This document shows, one piece after another, positions 38,385 to 50,505 of a stretch of DNA of 64,000 nt. Below the pieces are notes generated by a model. That model had not been told where the DNA came from, ran no database searches, and worked only from the letters and a program-made list of their open reading frames with translations. This DNA comes from Stegostoma tigrinum. Lineage: Eukaryota. Positions within the stretch are counted from its first letter, which is position 1. Every line of letters begins with the position of its first letter. The stretch covers positions 23,696,571 through 23,760,570 of the forward strand of contig NC_081362.1 of NCBI RefSeq assembly GCF_030684315.1, read 5' to 3'. Position numbers and translations under genes: made by a program.

Positions 38385-40020
38385 TAGATAGGAGCAGAAT
38401 TAGGCCATTTGGCCCATCTAGTCTGCTCCACCATTCAATCCTGGCTGACATATTTCTCAAGCCAATTCTCCTGCCAACTCTATGTATCCCTTGATTCCCT
38501 GAAGAATCAAGAACCTCTTTCTCTCTTTCTTAAATACTCTTCATGACTTGGCCTTCACGGCATTCTGTGACAAACAGTATTGCAGATTCACCACTTTTTT
38601 TGCTGAAGAAGTTCCTCTTTGTCTCAATTCTAAAGGGTCATTACTTTTACTCAGACGCTGTGCCCTTTGGTCCTAGTTCTCCTACTGATGGAAACATCTT
38701 CTCCATACCCACCCTATGCAAGCCTCTCAGTATATTGTTAGTTTCATGGAGATCCCATCTCATCCTCCTTGTCAAACCCCTCTGGACCCCCTGCATATCC
38801 TTAGATATGGGGCCAAAAACTGCTCACAATATTCCAAATATGGTCTGATTAGAGTCTTATACAAGCTCAGCAGTACAATTCTACTTGTATTCTCGCCCTG
38901 TTGAAATGATTGGTAACATTGCATTTGCCTTCCTAACTGCCAACTGAACCTGTATGTTACCCTTAAGAGAATCCTAAACTACAATCAAGTGTCTTTATGC
39001 TTTCAAATTTACGAAGCCTTTCCACATATGAAAGGTAATCTAAGCCTCTGTTCTTCCTACTAAAGTAGCTCACACTTTCCCACAGTGCATTCCATCCACC
39101 ACTTTCTTACCAGCTCCCATAGCCTGTCCAAGTCTTTCTGTAACCTTGCCCCCTTCCTCAACACCTCCTGTCCTTCCACCTATCTTTGTGTCATCCGTAA
39201 CTTAACAACAATGCCCTCAGTTCCTTTATTTGGATCATTCATTATTTATCATGAAAGTTGTGGTCCCAACATTGACCTCTGTAGAAGTCCACTAGTCACA
39301 GGCCATTATCCTGAAAAAGACCTCTTTTATCCTTCTCTCTGCCTTCTGCCAGTCAGTCAATCCTCTATCTATGCCAGTATCTTTCTATGGACTTTTATTT
39401 TGTTGAGCAGCCTCCAGTGAGGCACCATGTCAATGGCGCTTTAGAAATCCAAATAGATCACACCCACTGCTTTTAAACTCCTCAAAGAATTCTAACACAT
39501 TTGTTAGGCATCTCACCTCCCCTTGACAAAACTGTGTTTACTCAGCCTTATTTTACTATGTGCTTCCAACTACTCCACAATCTCAACCTTAATAATGGAC
39601 TGCAAATTCTTCCCAATGACAAGGTCAGGCTAACTGCCCTATAGTCCCTGTCTTTTGCAACCCTCCCTTCTTAAACAGGGGTGTTATGATAGTTATTTTT
39701 CAGTCTTCTGGGACCCCCGCTGACACCAGTGATTCCTGAAAGATCATCACCAATGCCTCTATAATTTCTTCAGCTATGTCCTTCAGAGGTTTGGGCTGTA
39801 ATTCACGTGGAATGGGTAATTTATCCACCTTCAGACCTTTCAGCTTCCCAGCAACTTCTCCTTAGTATTAGTCATTACACTCCCCTCCAACTTCTGACTT
39901 TCTTGAAGTTCTAGTATGCTGCTAGTGCCTTCATCATGAAGACTGATGCAAAGTATGTATTCAGTACCCCGACTGTTTCTTTGCTCTCCATTACCATTTC
40001 TCCAGCCTCATTTTTCAGGT
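38385..40020 (-). mobile_element. CR1 ORF2 3' half and tail
   Basis: Tail 'gataggagcagaattaggccatttggccc'; LKNEAGEMVMESKETVGVLNTYFASVF. Confidence 0.88.
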
Positions 40021-40754
40021 GTGGTAGTGGAGCCTGTTGAAGTTGAGCAGTGTATACATAACATGCAGATAATGATCTCAGGGGTTCTGCCATGAAATGA
40101 ATACCACTAGCAGAACATTAATTCCATTTGGTGGTTTTGCATTGTCTCCATCAGTTTACAGTGCTGCTGTTTTTATGTTGGAGAAAGTGTCAGCTTCAGG
40201 AACATCTGCATTCTTCCACTGCTGTAGAGATCCAAGCTTCAGGCAGGAGTCTGATTTGAAATTAAAGTGACATATGGGAATTTTAAGAAGTATGAAAATG
40301 CAGCATTTCTGTTGTCATTTCCCTGAGATTGCTACTTTGAATAGTTGATATTGATGTGTGACGTTTGTAATTTCTGTTGGCCTTTGTCAATGTTGAGCCT
40401 TCAGAATCTTTAGTTTTTCTCTCAGTTACAAAAAGATAGTAATTCTATTCTGATATGGAAATGAGTATGTTACTTTCTGTCTAACTGTCTCATTATGACA
40501 TACAGGTATGATTACCTTGAATAGTTATTCCTGCACTGTGTGGAAATGCTGGAGAAATTGTAAAATGCAACAATTTATCAGTAACTATATAAATTTACTC
40601 TCATTCCTAGTCAATTATACATTTTCTACTCCCTACAAACATATTTATCATCAAAACCTCTGCTGCTCATAATTTAATGTTTACCAGATCTCGCTCATCA
40701 ATTATCACCTCATCATTAAGTAAGAAGATTGCGCAGTGCTCAGTTCCACACCTC

Positions 40755-41330
40755 AGATAATGAAATAATTCACATGCAACAAGTCCAGGATACCTTTCAG
40801 GCTTGGGATAGCAAGTGGCAAGTAAAATTGTGAGATTGTGGTAATTTCATTGGGATAGTCAATGGACAATAGACAATAGGTGCAGGAGTAGGCCATTCGG
40901 CCCTTCGAGCCAGCACCACCATTCATTATGATCATGGCTCATCATCCACAATCAGTATCCTGTTCCTGCCTTAAATAAGTCATCCAGAAGCCCAGGATAA
41001 TGCTTTATGTACAAGAGTTGAAATCCCATCACAGTAGTTACTGAAATTTAAATCAGATTTAAATCACAGTTGACTCTAATGGCCTAGCAGGCCACCTAAT
41101 TTGAGGGTAATTAGAGATCTGTGACAAACCCTGTTTGTGCCAGGAAAGCTGACATCTCATAAAAGAATAAAACAAGGTAACATTTACATGTGCCAATGCA
41201 ATATAATTTCCTCAAAGAGAAAATCAAATCACTTTTCCTTGATATTCAATGGCATTGCAATAATTGAATCTGCCTTCTTCAACATTCTGAGATTTCCATA
41301 ACCAGAAACTTAAATAGGCCTCCATATTGT
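40755..41330. mobile_element. Composite of LINE RT fragments (+), young CR1 tail (40862-40975, -) and SINE fragment (~40975-41170, +)
   Basis: 'caggcttgggatagcaagtggcaagtaa' (QAWxxKWQV); 'caatagacaataggtgcaggagtaggccattcggccc'; 'gttgactctaatggcctagc...gagggtaattagag'. Confidence 0.65.
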
Positions 41331-41774
41331 CATGACTCACAACAATATTGAGAACTTTTTATCTTCTGATTATGGCTTCCAGTGCTGAGGAATTGCAAAA
41401 ATATTCTATCTGTATATATCCTGAGAAAAATCTGTGAAATGTAATTTTCTATTCATATCATGTGACTAAAATTATTTAATTCAAACTGGTTGTGGCAGAT
41501 ACAAAAGTTCCAAATGGCCATATCTTTGTGTACAATTACTGTTAAGATTTTGTCTACATTTGTCTTCAGAAAATTATTTTACGTCGGGATGAAGATATGC
41601 AGTGATACTTATTCCCACCTGGAAAATGTGACTGTTCCTGGTTATGCACTGCCTCATCGTTCAACAGATAGTCCAGCTTATCAGTGAATGTTACAGAGAT
41701 GTGGCTGCCTTGGTTGAATAGTTGGCAACATGTGAAAGTTGAGAGATGTGAATTTAGACTTGCAGTATTGTTAA

Positions 41775-42141
41775 GGGGAGGTGATGGCCTAGTGATGTTA
41801 TTGCTGGACTGTTAATCCAGAGACCCAGATAATGTTCTAGGTACCTGGGTTCAAATCTCACCAAATGGCAAGTGGTGGAATTTAAATTCAGTAAAATATC
41901 TGGAATTAAGAATCTAATGATGACCATGAATCCATTGTCGATTGTTGGAAAAACCCATCTGGTTCACTAATGTCCTTTAGGGAAGGAAACTGCCATCCTT
42001 AACTGGTCTGGCCTACATGTGACTCCAGACCCTCAGCAATGTGGTTGACTCTTGACTGTCCTCTGGGCAATTAGGGACAGGCAATAAATGCTGCCTAGCC
42101 AACGATACCCTCATCCCATGAATGAAGAAAGGATAAAAAAA
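41775..42141 (+). mobile_element. Full-length tRNA-derived SINE (family not named)
   Basis: A-box tggcctagtga 41785-41795, B-box ggttcaaatct 41848-41858, body 'ctggttcactaatgtcctttagggaagg', LINE-like tail 42065-42125 and A-rich end. Confidence 0.9.
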
Positions 42142-42564
42142 GTGTGAGGGTGAGGCGAAACATATGAATGTTATACTGAAGGAGTCGCTTTGTGTTTACT
42201 GGTACAACCTGTATATTTCTTTGGACCTGGCTTGGTGGACCATAATCATTCAAAATAAAGTGTGAAAAAGTCTAGGATAAGAAAGTAGTAAGTGGCAGGA
42301 TTACTGGATTGAATTGAAATAGCAAATCAAAATCTTTAATATATAAGTTTGAACAAAACAAACACAAGTAATAATGACTAATGCTATTAGTGATTTTAAC
42401 TAAGTCAACTTGGCGGACCTTATAGAATACAAGTTTCCTGGTCCAATCAGGGAGCCCTGGCTGACAGATAAAATCAGATGTGTCAGACATTCTGACACTG
42501 GGGAGCTGGATTTAATGTCAAGGACTTTCCACCTATAAATAAAGGGTGAGTTGGTGTCAGTCTA

Positions 42565-42657
42565 CCTGAAGTGGGGTTTAGGCCCAAAACGTCAGCCTTC
42601 CTGCTCCTCTGATGCTGCTTGGCTTGCTGTGTTCATCCAGCTCTACATCTTGTTATA
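42565..42657 (+). mobile_element. PLE tail inserted in the Gypsy LTR
   Basis: 'ctgaagtggggtttaggcccaaaacgtcagcc...catccagctctacatcttgttat'. Confidence 0.8.
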
Positions 42658-44909
42658 CCAGCCTATGTGACTGGTTTGGGCTGGCAACTGCATAGCTTCA
42701 CTCAGGATATACCCTGAACAGAGGAACTCTAGATCAGTCTCCAGCAAAACCCCAAAATAATGCCGTGCCTCAGCCAAGCTGTTAAAAATTTCTTCAGGAT
42801 CTGGGCTGGGAAGCCATTGTAGTTATTGCCAGGATGTGGACTCATGGCAGCAAAAGAGTCCCAACTACACTAAACAAAGTAAGAAAACATAGACTGGTAT
42901 CCTGGAAAGTCCACCTACATCTGGTATGGAACAATTAAATTGCTTAGTAACATTTAATCAGAGCCAATCAAAATGAAGTCTGGTTAAATGGTCACCTGCT
43001 TCTACTGGAGGTTGATACTGGCACAACTGTTACAGTTATTGCAGACCCAGTCTTTAAAATTCACTTTGGACTCTAACCCTTAGGTTTATACAAGACCTTG
43101 GCTAGACTGAGAATCTATTCCAGGGATCATTTACAGGCTAAGGTACAACTTTGAGTCTGGTCTCTTACGAGAAGTAGCTGGTTCAGTTACCACTGATTGT
43201 AATAAGAGGCTTGGGCCCAAGATTGATGGGGCAAAATTGGTTGAGAAAAATTCACTTAGATTGGTTCACCAATTTTCAATTAAATAATGGCTGCCTGAGT
43301 GAAGTTCCAATTAAATACCCAGAGGTTTTTCAGGAAGGTCTAGGGCCTGTCCATGGAGCCAAGTCTAGCTTGCATGCTGACCAGGAAGCAGTTCCACAAT
43401 TCTGCAAGAATAACCCAGTGCCATTTGCCTTATGTGCAATAGAACAGGCAGAAATCAAAAGCCTGGAAAGTGAAGCAATTATCAAACCATTCCAGTTTGT
43501 GGAATGGACAGCATTGGTCATAACAACTCTGAAGCCCAAAGGGTTGGTGCGCCTTTGTAGAAATGTTAAACAAATGGTAAAACACTTTTCGTACCTGGAT
43601 CAATACCCAATCCCTTGTATAGAGGATTTATACGCAAAGCTGACAGGGGGATGTCCTTCACAAAGCTGGACATGAACCATGCATACTTGCAATTGAGGTT
43701 AGATACTGATTCCCGGAAGCATGCTGCAATTAATACCATAAGGGTATCAACAGCCTGTGCAATTTTTCAGCAGATAATAGAAAACATTTTACAGAGTGTA
43801 CCTCCAGTTGCCATTTATCTAGATGACATGCTAACAACAAGAAAGACCAATGAGGAGCACTTAAAGAACTTTGAAATAGTCCTCAGACATTTCTCCCAGG
43901 TGGGCGTGCGCCTTAGAAAGAAAAGCTGCATGTTCCAGGCATCCCAGTGTCATACTTGTGCTGCAGAGTTAACAAGGCTGGGTGTACCTGTTGGAAAATA
44001 AAGTTAGGGTGATCAAAAGTGCCCCAGCTCCCATGTCTGCACTGGAGCTTAGATCTTTCCTTGTGTTGGTGAATTATTGTAGAAAGTTCATTCACAACTT
44101 GGCCTCCAACCTGGCAGCTTTGCATCAACTCTTAAAAAAGATCAGCCTTGGAATTGGTTGCATAGGAAGTGAGGAAACAGCTATCATGCCAACGGACATT
44201 ACGATCCCAACTGTGATCTAGTAACTGACATACAATGCCTCCCTGAACAGCATTAGGGTAGTATTAGCTGCTAGGTAGCTTAATGGAGAGGAACGCCTAA
44301 AAGTATATGCATCCACGACTTTGGCTAATGCAGAACGTAAATTTGCCCAGACAACGAATACCTTTACACGTGTAAATTTATAATAATAATGGACTACAAA
44401 TCCCTGCTAGGTCTAGTTGAAGAGGACAAGACAGTGACGTCTATAGCTTCAGGCCAAATTTGTTGGTGGGCTCTAATACTCATTGTGCATAATTGCAAGT
44501 TGGAACATTCTTGGGAGGTCAAGTAGCAAATGCAGATGCATTGACCTGGCTCCTACTGGCACCACAACTGGAAGAGTCTGTAATGGTTTTAAATTTTTTG
44601 GACACACTTGCAATCACAGCTGGCATTATCAGACTTTGAACACAAAAATGTTGGTCCTGGCAAAACTGAAATAGCTGGTGGTGGTGGTGGAAACCAAAAG
44701 GCTGTTATAACCAGAATTGAAACCTTTATTGGACCCAGAGAGACCAGATCACAGTAGACAATGGAATATTATTAGGGGGTGCAAGAGTGATTATCCCGAG
44801 CAAACAGTGCTGCCAGATACTGGTTGAACTCCACTAGGTTCATCCAGGGGTTTCCAAGCTGAAGATGTTGGCGAGAAGTTATATCTGATGACCAGGATTG
44901 GATGCAGAG

Positions 44910-45028
44910 TTAACAGGAACTGCAGATGCTGGAGAATCCGAGATAACAAGGTGTGGAACTGGATGAACACAGTAGGCCAAGCAGCATCTTAGGAGCAGGA
45001 AAACTGACGTTTCGGGCCTAGACCCTTC
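44910..45028 (-). mobile_element. PLE tail inserted in the Gypsy integrase
   Basis: 'ggaactgcagatgctggagaatcc...ctgacgtttcgggcctagacccttc'. Confidence 0.85.
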
Positions 45029-46146
45029 CAGAGGTGTCTGCAGACCAGAGAGTCAACAGGACATAAATTACGGCCAGCAGCTCACTGACATTCATGGGAA
45101 TGGCCAGGTTAGCCCGGTTGACCCGAATTGACTAGGCTATACATTGACTATGCAGGCCCTTTCAAGGGCTCAAAGTTCTTAGTCATTGTGGACGCCCGCT
45201 CAGAATGGTTAGACATACATAGAGTTCATTTATCAAACACAGGGACAATGATAGAAAAAGAGCACACATCTTTTGCAATACATAGGCTCCCTAAAGTGTT
45301 GGTCACAAATAACAGGGCATAATTTCCAGCAGAGAATTTGAGTCTTTCCTAGAGTTGAATGGCATTCAACACATGAGAATAGCTCCATAACATCCATCAT
45401 TGAATAGTCTGGCAGAAAGAGCAGTTCAAACTTTGAAGGTAGGCTTAAAGAAACAGCCTACAGCTTCACTTGATACCAAACAGTTCCTGATTCCTATCTG
45501 ATTATCAGACCACCTCTCACACAACTACAGGGATAGCTCCAGCAAAATTGCTAACACGGAGAAGACTCCGTACCAGATTAAATATGAACCTCCCAAACCT
45601 GGGACATGGGGTGAAATAGCATCAGGAATGTCAATGTCAGACACAAGCCTCTGCTAAGTGAAGGAGACAGTTTACTTCAGGGGATCAAGTTTGGGGCAGA
45701 AGCAACAGAAATGACCCTCCATGGGTAAGAAGCATGGCTGACGCAAGATCACGTCCAATGACGTATAAAGTCTGGGTAATTGTAATGGTTCTAAGCAAGC
45801 ACATGAACCATATCATAGCTGCAAACTTGCAAATGGGGTGACAGCAAATTGTGCCTAGCTGATTGGAACAGCCAGAAAGGCTGACAGAATCCATGGGTTC
45901 TCCCTCTCCATCAAGAATGAAGGGACTTTGAATCTGACATGGACATGATGGATGTCACCGCCTCAATGCCTTTGCCACCTGAAGAAGAGAATGAATTTCT
46001 TCTGAGACGGTCTGGGTGCAAGACATGATCTACCATTTAATATATGCCACCGTATCCGGGGCAGGGTTGAGGAACCCGACCCAGTGCTAAAACACCCCAG
46101 CAGGAGCTACAAGAAAAAGAACCAGCCCATGTCCTCGGACTTATGG

Positions 46147-46985
46147 GAAGGTGATGGTCTCGTGGTATTATCACTATTATATTAAACCAGGAGCCCAGAT
46201 AATGCACTGGGGACCCAGAATCAAATCTGGCCACAGCAGAATCTACTGATAACCATGAAACTACAGTCGATTGTCGGGAAAAACCCACCTGGTTTTCTAA
46301 TGATTTTCAGGGAAAAAAATCTGCCATTCTCACCTGGTCTGGCCTACATATAACTCCAAACCACTGCAATATGGTTCACTCAATTGCCCTCTGAAATGGC
46401 CCTAGCATGCGATTCAGTTTTACCAATTGCTACAAAGTCTCAAAGAAATGAAACCAGATGGATCACCTGGGCACCAGAAAAGACAATGACAGGAACAGCC
46501 CTATAGACCCTGCAGAGTCCTTCTCACTTACATCTGGGCGCTTGTGCCAAAATTGGGAGAGATGTCTCACAAACTACTTCAGCAACAGCCTGATGTAGTC
46601 ATACTTGGGGAATCATACCTTCCAGACATAGTCCTGAACACCACCATCACCAACTTTGGCTCTGTAATGTCTCACCGGCAGGACAGACTCAGCAGAGGTG
46701 GCAGCATAGTGGTGTACAGTTGGGAAAGAGTTGCCCAAGGAATCCCTAACATTGACTCTGGAACCCATGAAGCCTCAGAGCTTTAGGTTAAACATGAGCA
46801 AGGAAACCTCCTGCTGATTACCACATACCATCCTCCCTCGGCTGATGAATCAGTACTCCTCCATGTTGAACAACACTAAGAAGAAGCAGGAAGGATGCAA
46901 AGGGCACAAAATGTACTCCGGGTGGGGGATTTCAATGTCCACCACTAAGTGCGGCCTGACAGCAGTCGTAGTGATCAAGCTGGTC
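46147..46985 (+). mobile_element. 5' end of a LINE: tRNA-SINE-like head followed by apurinic-endonuclease ORF
   Basis: 46147-46392 aligns to SINE 41775-42064. ORF from ~46500 reads PKLGEMSHKLLQQQPDVVILGESYL...SHRQDRLSRGGSIVVY, and GDFNVHH ('ggggatttcaatgtccaccac') at ~46925. Confidence 0.85.
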
Positions 46986-46989
46986 ATTT

Positions 46990-47115
46990 CACCTGATGAA
47001 GGAGCAGTGCTTCAAAAGCTTTTGATTTCAAATAAATCTGTTGGATGATAACCTGGTGCTGTGAGACACCTGACCTTGTCCACCCTGGTCCAATGCCAGC
47101 ACCTCCACATCATGG
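46990..47115 (+). mobile_element. Terminal repeat of a third PLE-like family with hammerhead-like motif
   Basis: CTGATGA-A-GGAGCAGTGCTTC-AAAAGCT at 46993-47020 (GAAA mutated; AGCT palindromic stem III). Confidence 0.6.
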
Positions 47116-48044
47116 AAATCGAACATTTACAGAGCTGCCCGGAAAACTAATCTAGTAACATAACCATGACATTGCCATAGACCTCGTCAGTTATCCCAGG
47201 GAAAGTCTGCCTCAGCTCATTGAAATGCCTGATTAAGTACCAATCAGGCAGGTCTTCCCAAAAAGGTGTGACCTGGACACTTCCTTGTTTGTCAATTAAC
47301 AGAGCTCTGACAGCTATTCTTCACAGATGAAATGCCAATTGTGTCCGAATCAATTCTCATCAAGGGCCATTAAGTACAATCAAGTACAAATTATTAAATA
47401 GGAATCATGAGGGCTAAGTATGACTGAGTTTTTTTAATGATCGTCACCAAGGACAATTATTTGTAGAACTTCATTTGCTGCCCTAACAGAGAATGGCAAA
47501 CTCAGCCAATATCATGAAGAAAGCTTGAACTTTCTCAGCTATACATGATGTACCACAGAATTTATCTTTCAAATCCATGAATCAAATATAAGTGACACAG
47601 GGTTGCTGTAGTGCAATGGACTGGTAGCCTGAGGAATCCTGGAATGATGTTCCAGTATGAGACCGTTAACATCGAACTATCACAACCATCTTCCTTCATG
47701 CTAGGTATGACTCCAACCAACAGAGCAATTTTCCTCTGATTCCCATTGACTACACTTTTACTTTGGCTCCTTGATGCTACACAAGGTCAAATGTTGTCTT
47801 GATATAAAGGGCAATCACTCACCTCACTTTTGTAATTCAGCTCTTTTGTCCATATTTAGACCAAGGCTATAATGCGCTCAAGGGCTGAGTGGACCTGGTT
47901 GAATCCAAACTGAGCATCAGTGAGCAGGTATTACTTAGTAAGTGTGTTTTTATAGCATTATGACATCATTTGCTGATGATTAAGACTAGACTGATAATTA
48001 GCTGGTTGGGTTTATCCTGCATTTTATAGACAGGACATACCTGA

Positions 48045-49210
48045 GGTTTTTGACTTGCTCGCCAAGCTGCCTTGTTTTCGAAGCATGGCATTTTGTAAAC
48101 CACATTGGTTCTGCACGTTGTGAGATAGGGGTCTTTAATCCTCATGAGCGCTTGTTGTAGAGTGGCTGCAAGCTTATGTGCTACCATGATTCCTAGTGGT
48201 CTTAGGAATCTCGTTGTCAGTTCTGATCTGTTCTTGATGTATGGCAGTGTCGCCAGTGTGTTAGGGCATACTGTATCTTCTTGTTGTCTATTAGCAGGCA
48301 CCTGCGGATGAAGTTGTGGGGATATCCATTCATAGTGGAGTTTTTTTTGTTGAATAGGTGTTGTTTCAGTATATATTCCAAGCGGCGTAGAACAACATCA
48401 TTTCGTTGGAGGCCTCACTGATGTTGTTACCTACCATGGTGACGAAATGTCTAAATGAAAACAAACCAGCTCGGCAAGACACCTACACAAAATCTTCACT
48501 ATGAACACTATCCCCGCAAATTCATCTGCAGGTGCCTGCTAAATAGACAACAACAAGAGGACACAGCATGCCCTAACACACTGGCCACACTGCCCTACAT
48601 CAAAAGCATATCAAAACTGACAATGAGACTCCTAAGACCACTCGAAATCATAGTAGCACACAAGCCCACAGCCAGTCTGCAACAAACACTCACAAAGTTT
48701 AAAGACCTTATTCCCACAACAAGCAGAAACAGCATGGTTTTACAAAATACTGTGCAATGACTGCTGCAAACATTACATTGGACAGACAGGAAGGAAACTA
48801 GCCATCAGAACACATAAACATCAACCAATAGCTAAATGACATGATGACCTTTCCTTAATAGTCAGTACACTTGGAGAATGAAGGCCATCAGTTTAACTGG
48901 GACAAAGTCCAAGCCAAACTAGACATGCATGGGAGTTCCTACAGGCATGGTTCTCCACCCACACTTCAATCGACAAACAAATAGAATTGGATCCCCATCT
49001 CCAAACCTATACAGAACAAAACCAGAAATAACACTACTCACCAAAACGGGCCAGACAGTATAAATTCCAAGCGGAGTAGGATGACATTGCTTCATCAGTG
49101 GCCTCAGTGATGATGTTACCAAGCACTGTGACGAAATGTCTGAACAAAAACAAGCCAGCTTGGCAAGCAAGTCAACGTCACCCACAATCTGAGCTACAAA
49201 TCCTTGCTAA
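48045..49210. mobile_element. Poseidon-type PLE: inverted fragment plus mini-element with two direct terminal repeats
   Basis: LATLPYIKxxSxLTxRxLRPLxIxVAHK on both strands; TNVVYKMPC; 'cattacattggacagacaggaaggaaacta' (HYIGQTGRKL). Direct repeats at 48372-48478 and 49060-49170. Confidence 0.88.
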
Positions 49211-49647
49211 GACTTTAAACAGGACATGCCTGTGCAACTTTCTATTTGGCCAGATAAACTGCCTGTGCTATAGCTGTAATGGAACTGCTTGTCTGGAGGC
49301 ACAATTAATTCTGGAGTACAAGACTTCAGTACTATTGCCGGAATGTTGTCAAAGCCCAAAGCTATTATAGTATCCAGTACCCTCAACTATTTCTTAATAT
49401 AATGTGAACAAAATTGAATTGGCTAAAGACTGGCATTCAGGTGTGAATATCAGGAGGCCAAGATAGGTCATAAAATGGATGCTTCTGGCTAAAGATGGTT
49501 ACAAATGCCTCAGCCTTGACTTTTACACTGATGTGCTGGCCATTGAGGTTGGGGATATTTTGTGACACCAACTATTCCTCTGGTTAGTTGTTTAATTGTC
49601 CACCACTATCCACAACAGGATGTACACAAGGCAGCCTCTATATTGGA

Positions 49648-50505
49648 TTAAGATAACAAGGAGTAGAGCTGGATGAACATGGCAGGCCAGGCAGCATCAG
49701 AGGAGCATGAAAGCTGAGGTTTTGGGTCGAGTCCCTTCTTCAGGAATGGGGGAGGGGTAGGAGGCTCTGAAATAAATAGACAGCGGGGAGGCGATGATAG
49801 AACGTCGATAGAGGAGCAGATAAGTGGAGAGAAGATGGACAGGTCAAGGAGGCGGAGATAAAGCCAGTACAGGTGAGTGTAGGTAGGGAGTTGGGATGGG
49901 GGTTGGTGAGTGAGGAGGGAGGGGCGGATAGATGGGAGGGAAGACAGACATATCAAGAAGGCAGGGATTAAACTGTATCAGAAATAATAGGAACTGCAGA
50001 TGCTGGAGAATCTGAGATAACAAGGTGTAGAGCTGGATGAACACAGGCCTAGACCATCAGCCTTCCTGGTCCTATGATGCTGCTTGGCCTGATGTGTTCA
50101 TCCAGCTCTACAACTTGTCATCAGGGATGAGACTAGTAGGTAGGAAGTGGGACTGGGGGTTGGTCAGTGAGGTGGGAGGAATGGATAGGTGGGAGAACAG
50201 ACAGACAGGTCAAGGAGGTGGGGATGAGATGGGCTGGTCTTGGGATGAGGTCAGGGATGGGGAGATTTTGAAGTTGTAAAGTCGACATTGAGACCATTGG
50301 GCTGCAGGGTTCCCAGGCAGAATAAGAGGTGCTGTTCCTCCAGCCTTCGGGGTGGCGTCATTGTGGCAATGGAGGAGGCCTCTGGAGATTGCTTTGTGGA
50401 GCACGTATGCTCAGTTCATGACAAATGACAACACCTCCCAGTTGCAAACCACTTTAACTCCCCCTCCCACTCCCTGGACAACATGTCCATCCTGGGCATC
50501 TTCCA
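49648..50505. mobile_element. Neptune-type PLE fragments with nested short palindrome (49980-50122)
   Basis: Minus-strand tail and GIY-YIG C-terminus (GLLHCHNDAT), flipping to plus at ~50380. Confidence 0.8.

Larger units (their letters stand above)
42400..46146 (+). mobile_element. Degenerate Gypsy (Metaviridae) LTR retrotransposon: partial 5' LTR and pol
   Basis: Protease DTG at 43014-43022; RT DQYPIP / FTKLDMNHAYLQ / YLDD (43816-43827); integrase HPG, YIDYAGPF, 'gctccataacatccatcattgaatagtctggcagaaagagcagttcaaac' (AP*HPSLNSLAERAVQT). Order PR-RT-IN. LTR-like CCAAT and AATAAA at 42440-42545. Confidence 0.9.

Noticed and set aside
41775-41865. tRNA gene (A and B boxes)
   Set aside because: I could not fold a cloverleaf, and it continues into a SINE body; the same applies to 25502 and 62108.
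47226-47250. 9-bp stem hairpin tgcctgatt-N7-aatcaggca
   Set aside because: A short inverted repeat expected by chance in 64 kb, with no supporting context.
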